Positions 1 through 16,421 of a stretch of 64,000 bases of DNA are shown here, piece by piece. Position 1 is the stretch's first letter; every line of letters starts with the position of its first letter. The notes under the pieces are model-generated. The model had not been told where the DNA came from. It did no database searches and was given only the letters and a program-made list of their open reading frames with translations. Position numbers and translations under genes: made by a program. Source of the DNA: an uncultured Pelagibacteraceae bacterium (lineage in GTDB: Bacteria; Pseudomonadota; Alphaproteobacteria; Pelagibacterales; Pelagibacteraceae); the NCBI GenBank assembly GCA_902510635.1, contig CABXCB010000001.1:5399-69398 (forward strand), in the 5' to 3' direction.

Positions 1-1
1 A

Positions 2-2583
<2,582 letters not shown>

Positions 2584-2585
2584 GC

Positions 2586-4391
2586 ATGCCTACAATTGAT
2601 AACATCAGAAATTTTGCAATTATTGCGCATATTGATCATGGAAAATCTACTATTGCTGATAGGATAATTCATAAATGTGGAGGACTTACTGAAAGAGAAA
2701 TGAAAGCTCAGGTTTTAGATTCTATGGATATAGAAAGAGAAAGAGGAATAACAATTAAAGCACAGACAGTAAAATTAAATTTTAAATCTAAAGATGGAAA
2801 AGATTATATTTTAAATATAATAGACACACCAGGTCATGTAGATTTTAGCTATGAAGTAAGCAGATCATTATATGCCTGTGAAGGATCGATTTTGATAGTT
2901 GATAGTACACAAGGAGTAGAAGCACAAACATTAGCAAACGTATATCAGGCAATAGATATTAATCATGAAATTATTCCTGTTTTAAATAAAATTGATCTAC
3001 CTGCATCAGATATTGAAAAAACAAAAAAACAAATAGAGGATGTAATCGGAATTGACACAAGTAATGCAGTATCTTGTTCAGGAAAAACTGGAGAAGGAAT
3101 TGATGAAATTTTAGAACAAATTATTGAAAAATTACCTCCACCTAACGGACAAAAAAATAATGATTTAAAATGTTTATTAGTTGATAGTTGGTATGATTCA
3201 TATTTAGGAGTCGTAATATTAGTTAGAGTAATTGATGGCCAAATTACTAAAAATATGAAAATAAAAATGATGTCTAATAATGAAGAATATATAGTTGAAA
3301 AAGTAGGAACATTTACACCAAAACCAAAAGATATTAATCTACTAAAATCTGGAGAAATAGGATTTATAATTACAGGAATAAAAAACTTATCCGATACAAA
3401 AGTTGGTGATACAATTTGTGATGCTAGTAAGCCTTTAATGAACGCTCTTCCAGGGTTTAAGCCTAGTAAGCCAGTCGTTTTTTGTGGTTTGTTTCCAGTT
3501 GATAGTTCAGAATATCAAAAGTTAAAAGATGGATTAGCTAAATTAAAATTAAATGATTCAAGTTTTTCTTATGAAGCAGAATCTTCGTCTGCACTCGGAT
3601 TAGGATTTAGATGTGGTTTTTTAGGTTTATTACATTTAGAAATAATTACTGAAAGATTAGAAAGAGAATTTGATATAAACTTATTAACCACTACACCTGG
3701 CGTTGTTTATAAAGTTCATTTAAATAAGGGGGAATTAATTGAGTTACAGAATCCTTCTAGTTTACCTGATCCGACGTATATTAAAATAATTGAAGAGCCA
3801 TGGATTAGATCAACAATCATAACCCCAGACGAGTATTTAGGGTCAATAATAAAGTTATGTCAGGACAAAAGAGGAATTCAAACTAACTTATCATATTCTG
3901 GCAATAGAGCAGTTTTAAATTATGAGTTACCACTTAATGAAGTTGTTTTTGATTTTAACGATAGATTAAAATCGATGACCAGTGGGTACGCTAGCTTCGA
4001 TTACGATATTATAGAACATAGGGAGGGAGATCTGGTTAAACTCGGAATTTTAGTAAACTCAGAATCTGTTGATGCTCTTTCAATGATGGTACATAAAAGT
4101 TTTGCACAAACTATTGGAAGAGAGGTTTGTGAAAAACTTAAAGATTTAATTCCAAAACAAAATTTTATGATACCAATTCAGGCAGCAATAGGAGGAAAAA
4201 TAATAGCAAGAGAAACAATAAAAGGTTTTAAAAAAGATGTTTTAACAAAAATTCATGGTGGAGGCGCTAGAGACAGAAAAAGAAAATTATTAGACAAGCA
4301 GAAAAAAGGTAAATCAAGATCTAAGCAATTTGGGAAAGTAGAAATTCCACAAGAAGCATTTATTGGAGTATTGAAAATTAAAAAGGAATAA
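2586..4391 (+). CDS. lepA: Elongation factor 4 (LepA)
   Basis: [48 protein letters not shown]; 601 aa. Confidence 0.98.
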   Translation: MPTIDNIRNFAIIAHIDHGKSTIADRIIHKCGGLTEREMKAQVLDSMDIERERGITIKAQTVKLNFKSKDGKDYILNIIDTPGHVDFSYEVSRSLYACEGSILIVDSTQGVEAQTLANVYQAIDINHEIIPVLNKIDLPASDIEKTKKQIEDVIGIDTSNAVSCSGKTGEGIDEILEQIIEKLPPPNGQKNNDLKCLLVDSWYDSYLGVVILVRVIDGQITKNMKIKMMSNNEEYIVEKVGTFTPKPKDINLLKSGEIGFIITGIKNLSDTKVGDTICDASKPLMNALPGFKPSKPVVFCGLFPVDSSEYQKLKDGLAKLKLNDSSFSYEAESSSALGLGFRCGFLGLLHLEIITERLEREFDINLLTTTPGVVYKVHLNKGELIELQNPSSLPDPTYIKIIEEPWIRSTIITPDEYLGSIIKLCQDKRGIQTNLSYSGNRAVLNYELPLNEVVFDFNDRLKSMTSGYASFDYDIIEHREGDLVKLGILVNSESVDALSMMVHKSFAQTIGREVCEKLKDLIPKQNFMIPIQAAIGGKIIARETIKGFKKDVLTKIHGGGARDRKRKLLDKQKKGKSRSKQFGKVEIPQEAFIGVLKIKKE

Positions 4392-5420
4392 TTGGTGAGT
4401 CAAATTAGATGGGGAATAATTGGATTAGGCAATATTGCTTTTGAATTTGCTAACGCATTTAAATATATTAATAATGCACAATTAAAAGGAATAGCAAGTA
4501 GAAATGAAGATAAATTAAAAAAATTTGAAAAACAATTCTTAATTGATAAAAAATTTTCATTTAGAAATTATGAAAGCTTAATCGAATGTGAAGATATAGA
4601 TGTTGTTTATATAGCATTGCCTAATTCATTACATTATGAGTGGATAATAAAAAGTTTAAAAAATAATAAAAAAGTTTTGGTTGAAAAGCCTGCAACTATA
4701 AATTCATTAGAAATAGATGATATAAAAAAAAATTACCTAAATCATAATTCCTTTTTCACTGAAAGTTTTATGTACATGTATCATCCTCAAATTAAAAAAA
4801 CTTTAGAACTTATAAAATCTGGAGAAATTGGAAAACTAGTATCAATGGAATCTATGTTTGGAAAAGATATTTTGACAAAAAAATTTTTTTTTGGATTTAA
4901 AAAAAAAAGAAGATTAAATAGTAAAAGTAGATTATTTGATAAAGATTTAGGTGGTGGAGTAATATTAGATCTTGGATGTTATCCTGTTTCTTTTAGTACA
5001 TTAATAGCATCATTAACTTCAAAAATTGACTATGAAAATATTGAAATAACTAATATAAAAAAAGATATAGGGTCTACTGATGTTGAATTAGATGCCTATG
5101 CTGAGTTAAATTTTAATAGTAATTTTAGATCAATTATTGGGGCATCATTTACAAAAAATTTGGGTAAAAAAACAAAGATTATTGGAACTGAAGGAGAAAT
5201 AATTTTAGCTGATACATGGCATGCTGAACCATCTATTATAAATCTTGTTAATAAAGATGAAAAAAAAATTGAATTTAAATTTGAGAAAAATATTTTCTCT
5301 TATGAAATAGATATTTTAAGTCAATTAATTTTAGATAGAAAAAAAAAATTAGATTTTCCCGTTATGTCAATCGAGCAAACTTCTGTTAATATGAAAATTT
5401 TAGAAAAGTGGATGGCTTAA
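4392..5420 (+). CDS. Gfo/Idh/MocA family oxidoreductase
   Basis: WGIIGLGNIA Rossmann motif, VLVEKP, GGGVILDLGCYP; start likely GTG 4395 or TTG 4392. Confidence 0.9.
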   Translation: MVSQIRWGIIGLGNIAFEFANAFKYINNAQLKGIASRNEDKLKKFEKQFLIDKKFSFRNYESLIECEDIDVVYIALPNSLHYEWIIKSLKNNKKVLVEKPATINSLEIDDIKKNYLNHNSFFTESFMYMYHPQIKKTLELIKSGEIGKLVSMESMFGKDILTKKFFFGFKKKRRLNSKSRLFDKDLGGGVILDLGCYPVSFSTLIASLTSKIDYENIEITNIKKDIGSTDVELDAYAELNFNSNFRSIIGASFTKNLGKKTKIIGTEGEIILADTWHAEPSIINLVNKDEKKIEFKFEKNIFSYEIDILSQLILDRKKKLDFPVMSIEQTSVNMKILEKWMA

Positions 5421-5421
5421 A

Positions 5422-6222
5422 ATGAAGAATAAAATTTATGATTGTATAACATTTTTTAATGAGAACTATATATTTGATTTAAGATATAATATTTTAAAAA
5501 ATTATGTAGATGGATTTATTGTATGTGAGTCTAAGTATGATCACAAAGGAAATATTAAACCAATAAATTTTTTGAATAAAAGTAAATCATCAAGAATAAA
5601 ATATATATTATTAGAAAAACCATTTCCAAAAAATTCAAATCCTTGGGAAAATCAAGCAGTTCAAAGAGATTATATCTTAGATAATATAAAATTTATTAAT
5701 GATGAGGATTATATTTTTTTTTCAGATCCAGATGAAATTCCAAATCCTGAAATTCTTAAAAAATTTGAATTAAAAAAAAAATACGGAATTTTTATGCAAA
5801 AATTTTTTAATTATAAATTTAATTTATTTAATCCTCATGAAACTCCATGGGAAGGAACTAGAGTTTGTAAAAAAAAAAATCTAAAATCAATTGATTTCAT
5901 GAGACAAAAAGTAAGATTTAAAAATCTTAAAAAAAGCTTTTTGAGGTTTGATAAAGAAAAAAACATTGAGATTTTTGAAAATGGTGGTTGGCATTTTAAC
6001 AATATTCTAGATCCAGAAGATATTTCAACTAAATTGAAAACTTTTGCTCATGCAGAATTTTCTGGAGATAAATTTTCAGATCCAGAAAAGATTAAAATGA
6101 AAATAGATAATGGAATAGATTTGTTTGAAAGAGGACATCAGTATAAAAAGATTGAATTAGATAATAGTTTTCCAAAATATTTAATTGAAAATAATCAATT
6201 TTATAAAAAGTTTATAATATGA
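5422..6222 (+). CDS. Glycosyltransferase family 17-like (MGAT3-like GlcNAc transferase)
   Basis: IYDCITFFNE, F-I-V-C-ES, WENQAVQR, SDPDEIP (DxD), GGWHF, KLKTFAH motifs typical of GT17. Confidence 0.8.
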   Translation: MKNKIYDCITFFNENYIFDLRYNILKNYVDGFIVCESKYDHKGNIKPINFLNKSKSSRIKYILLEKPFPKNSNPWENQAVQRDYILDNIKFINDEDYIFFSDPDEIPNPEILKKFELKKKYGIFMQKFFNYKFNLFNPHETPWEGTRVCKKKNLKSIDFMRQKVRFKNLKKSFLRFDKEKNIEIFENGGWHFNNILDPEDISTKLKTFAHAEFSGDKFSDPEKIKMKIDNGIDLFERGHQYKKIELDNSFPKYLIENNQFYKKFII

Positions 6223-6226
6223 TTTC

Positions 6227-6316
6227 GGAGAGATGGCCGAGTGGTTTAAGGCGCACGCTTGGAAAGTGTGTGTACCCTCACAGGTACCGTGGGTTCGAAT
6301 CCCACTCTCTCCGCCA
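6227..6316 (+). tRNA. tRNA-Ser(GGA)
   Basis: GGAGAGA/TCTCTCC acceptor stem, anticodon arm CACGC-TTGGAAA-GTGTG, long variable arm, GGTTCGAATCC T-arm, encoded CCA. Confidence 0.97.
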
Positions 6317-6404
6317 TTAATTTTATCTTTTTAATAATTTAAAAAAACGTTAAGATTGTCAGCCTTGCTTAAACATATAACAATTTAAAAAAAATTATAA
6401 TTAA

Positions 6405-7511
6405 ATGAAAATTAAAATATTTCTTATTAACTTAATATTATTTATCATATTATATTTAATATCTGATGTAATTTTTAGTAGATTTGTTTTTAAACAAAGT
6501 GTTGATCATAAATGTTATGATCATGTAGATGATGGTAAATTTTATAAAATGAGAAAGAATTGTTTTTCAAATATGAGAATAATTTCAAGCATTGACTCAT
6601 TCAAAGTCTACACTGACATTTATAATAATAGGTACTCAGGAAAAAAAAGAGATATAAAAAGTAGTGATATTGTATTTTTAGGAGATTCACAAACTTTTGG
6701 AATTGGATCTAACTGGGAGGATACATTTGTCGGAATATTAGAAAATAAATTTAATAACTACAATTTTTATAATTTAGGTGTCCCATCTTATTCCCCCACT
6801 GTCTATGATTATGTTTTTGAACAATTCATCAAAGATAAAAAGCTTAATATTAAAAAAATTTATGTATTAATTGATTTAACTGATGTGGGTGATGAGGCAA
6901 ATAGGTGGGAGATTATCAATGGACGCCCAAATTTAAAAAATCAGAAAGTAATTTATAAAAAGCTTTCCGGTTTTTCAAAGTTTAAAAAAGATAATTTTAA
7001 AGGTATCTACTTGATTTCTTCTAAAATTAGATCTTTTTTTAGAAAACTAAAAGTAAAGGATAATCAATATAAGCCTGTAAATGGAAATCCTACTGGCGCT
7101 TATATTTACACTGATCATGAAGTCTTAACTGGATGTAATACTGAAAATAAAAAAAGTGAGTGGTGGACATGTGGTGGAGTTGAATATGGTTTAAATAAAC
7201 TAGAAAAAAATATTACTAAACTAGGAAAAAAAGCAAATAAAATGAATTCAGAATTTTATATTATTATTATGCCATGGCCAGATACTTTGAATTTTGGACA
7301 AACTAAATTTAATTGGGAAAATTTTAACAATAATTTATGTATTAAAGCTAGTTGCTCAAAATTAATTAATTTATTTCCAAAATTTACAAAAATAAAAGAA
7401 ACAAACAATAATTGGCTTAAAACAATTTATTTAAATAATGACATTCATCTTACAAAAAAAGGTAATGAACTAGTTGCTGAAGAAATAATTTTAAATAGTT
7501 TTGAAAACTAA
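6405..7511 (+). CDS. Membrane-anchored SGNH/GDSL hydrolase-family protein
   Basis: N-terminal TM helix; FLGDSQTFG block I, NLGVPSY block II, DIHLT..GN block V. Confidence 0.75.
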   Translation: MKIKIFLINLILFIILYLISDVIFSRFVFKQSVDHKCYDHVDDGKFYKMRKNCFSNMRIISSIDSFKVYTDIYNNRYSGKKRDIKSSDIVFLGDSQTFGIGSNWEDTFVGILENKFNNYNFYNLGVPSYSPTVYDYVFEQFIKDKKLNIKKIYVLIDLTDVGDEANRWEIINGRPNLKNQKVIYKKLSGFSKFKKDNFKGIYLISSKIRSFFRKLKVKDNQYKPVNGNPTGAYIYTDHEVLTGCNTENKKSEWWTCGGVEYGLNKLEKNITKLGKKANKMNSEFYIIIMPWPDTLNFGQTKFNWENFNNNLCIKASCSKLINLFPKFTKIKETNNNWLKTIYLNNDIHLTKKGNELVAEEIILNSFEN

Positions 7512-7564
7512 AAAAATTTATTTTAAAAACAACATTATTCTGTTATTTAAATTGTTAATACATA

Positions 7565-8368
7565 ATGAATAATTTAAAAATTTTTTGTCTTTCTTTATCA
7601 AATACTCATTATAAAAAAATACTAGACTTAAATTATATACCTGTTGGTTTAGGAGAGGATATATTTTCCGAAAATTGGATTACTGATCAAGATAAAAATA
7701 ATATTACACACAAAAATAAATATTATGGCGAATATACTTTTCATTATAAAATTTGGAAAAATGATTTTTTGAAAAATTATTCTGATCAATGGATTGGCTT
7801 TTGTACATATAGAAGATTTTGGTCACAATTAAAAAAAGAAAAAAAAGTTTTTAATTTTGATAAGGATATACTAAATAAACTTCCTAAAGAATGGGAAAAT
7901 TATGACTGTGTTCTTGCAAACCCAATATATACTAATTCAACAAAATTTAGCAAAATATTTAAGCATGGAAAAAAAATATTATTTAAAAATCCTTTATTAT
8001 TTTTTAGTAAAAAAAATATTACTATTAAGGTTCATTTTGATATGTATCACGGACACGGTAATTTGGACAAAGCAATAGATTTGTTAAAAGTAGAAGATAG
8101 AGAAAAATTTAGAAAATATGTTAATACAGAAATATTATTTAGTCCCTATAATATGTTTATTTGTAAATCAAAAAAAACTTTGTTTGATTATTACTCATCA
8201 TTATTTCCATGGCTAAAAAATTGTGAAAGTATCTTTGGATTTGATTTAGAAAATGATTATGGAAAAAAAAGAATATATGGTTTTCTCGCAGAAAGATATT
8301 TATCATACTGGTTTAATAATTATGCAAATCCAATTAAATGGCCTGTATATTTTAAAGATATTAGTTAG
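7565..8368 (+). CDS. DUF4422-like protein (surface polysaccharide-associated, putative glycosyltransferase)
   Basis: NITHKNKYYGEYTFHYKIWKN, IGFCTYRRF, NMFI, RIYGFLAERY motifs. Confidence 0.75.
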   Translation: MNNLKIFCLSLSNTHYKKILDLNYIPVGLGEDIFSENWITDQDKNNITHKNKYYGEYTFHYKIWKNDFLKNYSDQWIGFCTYRRFWSQLKKEKKVFNFDKDILNKLPKEWENYDCVLANPIYTNSTKFSKIFKHGKKILFKNPLLFFSKKNITIKVHFDMYHGHGNLDKAIDLLKVEDREKFRKYVNTEILFSPYNMFICKSKKTLFDYYSSLFPWLKNCESIFGFDLENDYGKKRIYGFLAERYLSYWFNNYANPIKWPVYFKDIS

Positions 8369-8369
8369 A

Positions 8370-9437
8370 TTAATTTAATTTGCTTAGTAGTTTATTTATA
8401 GAAATTTCAATATTTGTATTTTGATCTTTAGTATCATTACCAACTACTTTTCCCATGATGGAAGAATAATTTAAATTTATATCCCTACTTATTTTTTTTG
8501 TTAGTTTTGATGTATTTTTATTTACAAATTCAATTATTTTTGTATTTTTTTTGCAAAATACTAAATTTGCAAAACCAGCTCCATGGTTCCCAACTATAAT
8601 ATTTGCATAATTAAATATAGCAATTTGATCCTTAAATCTAAAGCTTGATAATTTAATAATTTTAAAATTTTTTTTTAATAAAATATTTTTTATTTTATTT
8701 TCATTAACTATTTGTCTTTTTTTGCCTGAATTAAACTTAGAGTCTGATCTATCTATATATATTTTTTTATAAAATTTTTTTTTAGACTTAAACCTGAGAA
8801 ATTTTGATCTAAGCCATAAAGATATCCATTTAGGTATCTTGCCAATATCATTATGTGCAGATTTAGTATATTGCCATGGATGATTTGTAGCTATAATTTT
8901 TTTTGAATAAATATGTTTAAACTTTTTACTTGAAACTGATTTTATAAGTATTCCTAAAATTTTAAGTGTGTCAATTTGGTAAAAAAATTCTTTATTAGGT
9001 ACAAAAATAAATTTAAATCTTTTTAAAAAAAATTTTTTTTCTATAATTCCAATTCTTGGAAGTACATCATACATCCAATGCCAGTAATTATTATTTCCAG
9101 CTCCACCAGTTAAGATGCATAACAATGGAGAATCAAGCATTTTTATAAATTTTGGAGTTCCATGCTTCAATACTTTATTATTTTTTATATTTGAGTTTAC
9201 TAAATTTCTTAATTGAAATGAAACTTGATTAATTATTTTATTGTTTTGTATAAAAGCAGTATTATGAATTGTATCAGTATAAATCCTACAATTTTGAATT
9301 TCAAAAATTTTATATGACCTTCCACCCTTTTGTATTTTGTAAACTTTTACATGCTTATTTTTTTTTTTTAAATAATAGACTTTTCCATAAATTATTTTAA
9401 AAAAAAGTGAGACTAATCCTTTATATTTTTGAGACAT
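8370..9437 (-). CDS. Glycosyltransferase family 61 (DUF563) protein
   Basis: NYWHWMYDVLPR, IYIDR, RQIVNE, QIAIFNYANIIVGNHGAGFANLVF motifs. Confidence 0.85.
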   Translation of the reverse strand: MSQKYKGLVSLFFKIIYGKVYYLKKKNKHVKVYKIQKGGRSYKIFEIQNCRIYTDTIHNTAFIQNNKIINQVSFQLRNLVNSNIKNNKVLKHGTPKFIKMLDSPLLCILTGGAGNNNYWHWMYDVLPRIGIIEKKFFLKRFKFIFVPNKEFFYQIDTLKILGILIKSVSSKKFKHIYSKKIIATNHPWQYTKSAHNDIGKIPKWISLWLRSKFLRFKSKKKFYKKIYIDRSDSKFNSGKKRQIVNENKIKNILLKKNFKIIKLSSFRFKDQIAIFNYANIIVGNHGAGFANLVFCKKNTKIIEFVNKNTSKLTKKISRDINLNYSSIMGKVVGNDTKDQNTNIEISINKLLSKLN

Positions 9438-9483
9438 TAATTTTTTTTAGAATTAAATATAAATTGTTTCATAAGTAAAATAG

Positions 9484-11565
<2,082 letters not shown>

Positions 11566-11567
11566 TA

Positions 11568-12854
11568 ATGGAGTTAACCAAAGCTTCAAATTTATATTCA
11601 TTAAATAAATCTACTTATGTTAACTTAAGATGGATTGCTTATATTGGACAATTAATTGCAATTTTAGTAGTGCAATTTTATTTAAAATTTAACTTTGATT
11701 ATTTTATATGTATTTCAATTGTAATTTTTAGCATTTTAACAAATATTTTTTTAAATTTTAAAATAAAAACAAATCAACTTAATAATAATTTTTCAACATT
11801 TTATTTAATATTTGATATCTTGCAACTATCTATACTATTTTTTTTTACTGGTGGAATAACTAATCCATTCATTTTCTTGATAATAATACCTGCTGTGTTC
11901 TCTTCTCAGTATTTACATTTTTTTAGCTCAATTATTTTAGTTATGATAATTACATTAATGTTAATATTTTTGACTTTCTTTTATTATGATTTGCCTCACC
12001 CAAAAGAATTTCACTTTCATGCTCCAGATTATTATTTATATTCTATTCCTTTATCTATAATAATTGGACTTTTCTTCTTAGTATATTTTGGTTTTAAGTT
12101 TGGAGAAGAAAGCAGGATTAGAAAAAAAGCATATGATAAAATTCAAGAATTAATGGCTAGAGAAAGTGAACTTCTTTCTTTAGGTGCACAGGCTGCTGCT
12201 TCAGCACATTCACTTGGAACACCACTTTCTACAATATTATTAACAGTGATGGAGCTTAAAAAGGAATTTGGAAATGATAAAAAAATAACTAAAGATCTTG
12301 ATTTATTAATTAGCCAAAGCCAAAGATGTAAAGAAATACTTAAAAAATTATCATTGAACCCAACAATTGATGATGAATTTTTAAATTTTAATCTTTCCCT
12401 TAAAGATTATATAGATGAAATTGTTAGATCCTATGAAGAAATTAGCAAAAAAGAATTTATTATTGATTTTGAAAATTATAAAAATCCAATAAATTTAAAT
12501 AAATCTATAGAAATTATGTATGGTCTTAGAAATTTTATAGGAAATGCTAACAAATTTAGTAAAAAAATAATAAAAATAGTAATTAAAAATGATGACCAAA
12601 AAACAACTATAATTATTAAAGATGATGGCCCCGGATTTCCAAAAGATTTGATTGATAGAGACAAATTAGGAGAACCTTATATTAGGACAACAGATCAGAA
12701 AAACATTACAAAATATGGTTTAGGTCTTGGAACATTTATTGGTAAAACTCTTTTGGAAAAAAATTTAGCAATTATTAATTTTAATAACTCATCACAATCT
12801 GGTGGAGCTGAAGTAACTATTGTCTGGAAAAATAGAGATCTTAAATTAATTTAA
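11568..12854 (+). CDS. regB: Redox-sensing sensor histidine kinase RegB/PrrB/ActS family
   Basis: LRWIA N-terminus, multiple TM helices, GGITNPF quinone-binding motif, AHSLGTPL H-box, QRC redox cysteine, DDGPGF and GLGLG boxes. Confidence 0.9.
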   Translation: MELTKASNLYSLNKSTYVNLRWIAYIGQLIAILVVQFYLKFNFDYFICISIVIFSILTNIFLNFKIKTNQLNNNFSTFYLIFDILQLSILFFFTGGITNPFIFLIIIPAVFSSQYLHFFSSIILVMIITLMLIFLTFFYYDLPHPKEFHFHAPDYYLYSIPLSIIIGLFFLVYFGFKFGEESRIRKKAYDKIQELMARESELLSLGAQAAASAHSLGTPLSTILLTVMELKKEFGNDKKITKDLDLLISQSQRCKEILKKLSLNPTIDDEFLNFNLSLKDYIDEIVRSYEEISKKEFIIDFENYKNPINLNKSIEIMYGLRNFIGNANKFSKKIIKIVIKNDDQKTTIIIKDDGPGFPKDLIDRDKLGEPYIRTTDQKNITKYGLGLGTFIGKTLLEKNLAIINFNNSSQSGGAEVTIVWKNRDLKLI

Positions 12855-14648
12855 TTTAGATTTTTTATTATCAAATAATCCACTTAACTGTTCAATCATT
12901 ACATCTCCTAATTCTTGTACGTCAGTAATTTTAATAGCTCTATTGTAATATCTTGAAACATCATGTCCAATTCCAATAGCCAAAATTTCTATATCACTTT
13001 TATTTTCAATAAGTTTTACAGTTTTTTTAAGATGTTTTTCTAAAAAATCACCCGAGTTGACTGAAAGTGTTGAATCATCAACTGGTGCGCCATCAGATAT
13101 AACCATCATAATTTTTCTTTCCTCTTTCCTTTTTTTCAATCTATTGAATGCCCATGATATTGCTTCACCATCAATATTTTCTTTTAAAAGACCTTCTTTA
13201 AGCATAAGTCCTAAATTTTTTTTTGACTGCCTCCAATGTGTATCTGCACTTTTATAAATTATATGTCTTAAATCATTAAGTCTTCCAGGGTTTTTTGGTT
13301 TGTTATTCTTATTCCATTCTTCCCTACTTTTGCCACCTTTCCAATTTTTTGTTGTGAAGCCCAATATTTCTACTTTGACTGAACATCTTTCTAAAGTTCT
13401 TGATAATATATCTGCACAAATTGCAGCAATAGTTATTGGCCTTCCTCTCATTGATCCAGAATTGTCAATTAATAGAGTGACTATTGTATCTTTAAATTCT
13501 AAATCTTTTTCTTTTTTAAAAGATAAGGAATTTTGTGGATCAATTATAATTCTAGTTAATTTTGAACTATCTAATAAACCCTCCTCTAAATCAAACTCCC
13601 ATGCTCTATTTTGCTTCGCAAGTAATTGTCGTTGAAGTTTATTAGCTAATTTTGTGATCAAATCCTGAAAACTAGTAAGCTGTTGATCTAAATTTTTTCT
13701 TAGCTTTAAAATTTCTTCATTTGTTTCAAGTGCTTCAGCTTTAGATATTGAATCAAATTCGCTTGTATAAATATGATATTCCTTATCACCGATATTTGAA
13801 TTCATTTTTTGAATAATTTTTTCATTATTTTGTTTATCAGAATCAGTATCTACTAATTGTTCATCCATTTTTGACTCACTTAAATTATAATCTCCATCTA
13901 TTCCATTTTGATCTTCCTCTTCTTGCTTTTTTTCTTGTTCATCATTTATCTGATCTTGATTTTCTTTACTATTATCGTTATTTAAATTATCATTTTCTTT
14001 ATCTTCTTGATTTTCATCATCATTTTCTGAGTCAAAAATTTTCATTTCTTGCAAAATTTTTGATAGTTTTGAATTATAATTTTCTTGGTTTTCTATGTTC
14101 TTATTTAAATAAGACAAATGTTTTTCGAAAGATAATTTAAAGTCTTTCTCCCAGAAACCTAATATTTTTTCTGACAATGAGTTTAATTTAATACCTAAGA
14201 AGTTTTTTAGCATATACAGTTCAAAAGCCTCAGATATTTGAACATCTTCTTTTGATTTTAGCTGATCTTTTCTTTTAAATAAAATTTTATTATAATAATT
14301 ATCTTTTAAATTTTTAGAAATTCCTTTTAATATTTTTGTACCAAGAATTTCATATCTTATTTTTTCTGATATATCATAAAGCATTCTACAAGAGGAGTTT
14401 TTTGGTATATTTTTTTGATAAACCGCTTTATTAGAAAATTTTCTTTTTAATGCTTCTGAGTCAGACTCGGCTCTTAGTTTTATATAATCTTTTTTAGTAT
14501 TTAGATTATCAAGGTCAAAAAAATTATAATTTTTTGAGCTTAAATTTTTATTTAAGTCTTTTTCTAACTTATAGTCATCAGAAATTACTTTTACTGTAGA
14601 GATTAGAGCTTGCCTAAATTTTTCCTTAATATTATCTTCTTTATTCAT
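12846..14648 (-). CDS. cobT: CobT-family VWA protein
   Basis: [22 protein letters not shown] (MIDAS), [19 protein letters not shown]; acidic linker. Confidence 0.93.
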   Translation of the reverse strand: MNKEDNIKEKFRQALISTVKVISDDYKLEKDLNKNLSSKNYNFFDLDNLNTKKDYIKLRAESDSEALKRKFSNKAVYQKNIPKNSSCRMLYDISEKIRYEILGTKILKGISKNLKDNYYNKILFKRKDQLKSKEDVQISEAFELYMLKNFLGIKLNSLSEKILGFWEKDFKLSFEKHLSYLNKNIENQENYNSKLSKILQEMKIFDSENDDENQEDKENDNLNNDNSKENQDQINDEQEKKQEEEDQNGIDGDYNLSESKMDEQLVDTDSDKQNNEKIIQKMNSNIGDKEYHIYTSEFDSISKAEALETNEEILKLRKNLDQQLTSFQDLITKLANKLQRQLLAKQNRAWEFDLEEGLLDSSKLTRIIIDPQNSLSFKKEKDLEFKDTIVTLLIDNSGSMRGRPITIAAICADILSRTLERCSVKVEILGFTTKNWKGGKSREEWNKNNKPKNPGRLNDLRHIIYKSADTHWRQSKKNLGLMLKEGLLKENIDGEAISWAFNRLKKRKEERKIMMVISDGAPVDDSTLSVNSGDFLEKHLKKTVKLIENKSDIEILAIGIGHDVSRYYNRAIKITDVQELGDVMIEQLSGLFDNKKSKLN

Positions 14649-15622
14649 TATTTCTGACTATTTATCAATGATTCTGGCAAATCTTCTCCAAAACATCTTT
14701 GATAATATTCAGCAATAGTATTTTTTTCTGCTTCATCGCATTTATTTAAAAAAGTAACTCTAAATGCATATCCTGTATCTTTAAATATTTCAGAATTTTC
14801 TGCCCAGTGAAGTACAGTTCTAGGACTCATAACTGTTGATATGTCGCCTCCCATAAATCCTTTTCTGGTTAAAGTTGCGACTTTAATCATATTTGAGATT
14901 ATTTCTTTTCCTTTGGAATTATTTAGATTTTTATTTTTTCCTAAAACTATTTCCATTTCCTTTTCCATGGCTAAGTAATTCAAAGTAGTAACAATATTCC
15001 ACCTATCCATCTGTCCTTGATTTATTTGTTGGGTGCCATGATATAATCCAGTGGTATCTCCAAGTCCAACTGTATTAGAAGTTGCAAAAAGCCTGAAATA
15101 TTTATTCTGTTTAATTACTTTATTTTTATCTAATAAAGTAAAATTTCCTTCAGCTTCCAATACCCTTTGAATTACAAACATAACATCTGGTCTTCCAGCA
15201 TCATATTCATCAAAAACTAAAGCAACTGGGTTTTGAATCGACCATGGCAATATTCCTTCTTTAAACTCTGTAATTTGTTTTCCATCTTTAATCACTATTG
15301 CATCTTTTCCAATGAGGTCTATTCTGCTTATATGACTATCCAGGTTAACCCTTATGCATGGCCAATTTAGTCTTGCTGCAACTTGTTCTATGTGAGTTGA
15401 TTTACCAGTTCCATGATAACCAGAAACTAGGCATCTTTTATTAAAAGAAAACCCAGATAGTATTGCTAATGTAGTATCTTTATCAAATTTATAATTTTTA
15501 TCAATTTCTGGAACATATTCATTTTTTTTTGAAAAACCTGAAACTTCCATATCACTTTCAATACCAAAAGTTTGATTTACAGAAATTTTTATATCTGGTG
15601 TAATTGTTAGAGAGGCTGTCAA
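14648..15622 (-). CDS. cobS: CobS-family AAA+ ATPase
   Basis: GYHGTGKST Walker [32 protein letters not shown]; TTG start overlaps upstream stop. Confidence 0.94.
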   Translation of the reverse strand: MTASLTITPDIKISVNQTFGIESDMEVSGFSKKNEYVPEIDKNYKFDKDTTLAILSGFSFNKRCLVSGYHGTGKSTHIEQVAARLNWPCIRVNLDSHISRIDLIGKDAIVIKDGKQITEFKEGILPWSIQNPVALVFDEYDAGRPDVMFVIQRVLEAEGNFTLLDKNKVIKQNKYFRLFATSNTVGLGDTTGLYHGTQQINQGQMDRWNIVTTLNYLAMEKEMEIVLGKNKNLNNSKGKEIISNMIKVATLTRKGFMGGDISTVMSPRTVLHWAENSEIFKDTGYAFRVTFLNKCDEAEKNTIAEYYQRCFGEDLPESLINSQK

Positions 15623-16140
15623 TTTTTTTCCTTATATGTGTTTTTCAACTGAGTATAAGCTAAAGTAATAACTTTAAGCTTATCTTCAAATTTTTTATTT
15701 CCTGAATTCATATCAGGATGAAATTTTTTGACAAGTTTTTTAAATTTTTCCTGTATTTTTTTCCATCTAATACCAATAGACACTCCAAGAATATCGAATG
15801 CTTTTAGATCGTTAGAATTAAACTTAAATTTATTTATGTGGTCAAATTGACCATTAATTTTGTATTTACTTTTTTCATCTTTTAGCGTGTTATTCCAAAG
15901 TATTTTAAAAAAATTATCGGAAGAACTAAAACTTTGGGTCGGCTTATGCCAAGTCATATCTGATTTAATAAATTCATAAACTTGACCATCATCCATTCCT
16001 TCAAAATAGTTCCAATTTTTATTAAATTCTCTAATATGGCTTAGACAAAGCATTCTATATTTTTTGCTATTATCTTTTTCAATTGGAGCTTTATAGAAGC
16101 CTTCTTCTAAACAGTTATTCCAATCACAAATATTTTTCAT
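15619..16140 (-). CDS. J-domain (DnaJ-like) protein
   Basis: C-terminal J domain with HPD; N-terminal CxxxxC..AP..C..H..N..WNYF typical of the cobS-linked J protein. Confidence 0.88.
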   Translation of the reverse strand: MKNICDWNNCLEEGFYKAPIEKDNSKKYRMLCLSHIREFNKNWNYFEGMDDGQVYEFIKSDMTWHKPTQSFSSSDNFFKILWNNTLKDEKSKYKINGQFDHINKFKFNSNDLKAFDILGVSIGIRWKKIQEKFKKLVKKFHPDMNSGNKKFEDKLKVITLAYTQLKNTYKEKN

Positions 16141-16160
16141 TATATATATTATTATAAATT

Positions 16161-16421
16161 ATGAATATAAATCAACTAATTGAAATAGTAAAAAATAAAT
16201 TAAGTAATAATATTATTTGCGACAATATAGAAGTTGAAGACAAAACTTTTTTACATGAAAGCCATAAATCTCATGATAAAAATAAGTTTCATATAAAGTT
16301 AATAATTACATCAGATTATTTGAGAAATAAAAGTAAAATTGAGTCAACAAAAGAAATATACAAAATTTTAGAAAAGGAATTAAAGGATAATATACATTCA
16401 ATTATAATTTTAATTAATTAA
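16161..16421 (+). CDS. bolA: BolA family protein
   Basis: 86 aa; EDKTFLH..H, FHIKLIITS, IHSI; divergent from J protein/cobST as in other alphaproteobacteria. Confidence 0.8.
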   Translation: MNINQLIEIVKNKLSNNIICDNIEVEDKTFLHESHKSHDKNKFHIKLIITSDYLRNKSKIESTKEIYKILEKELKDNIHSIIILIN

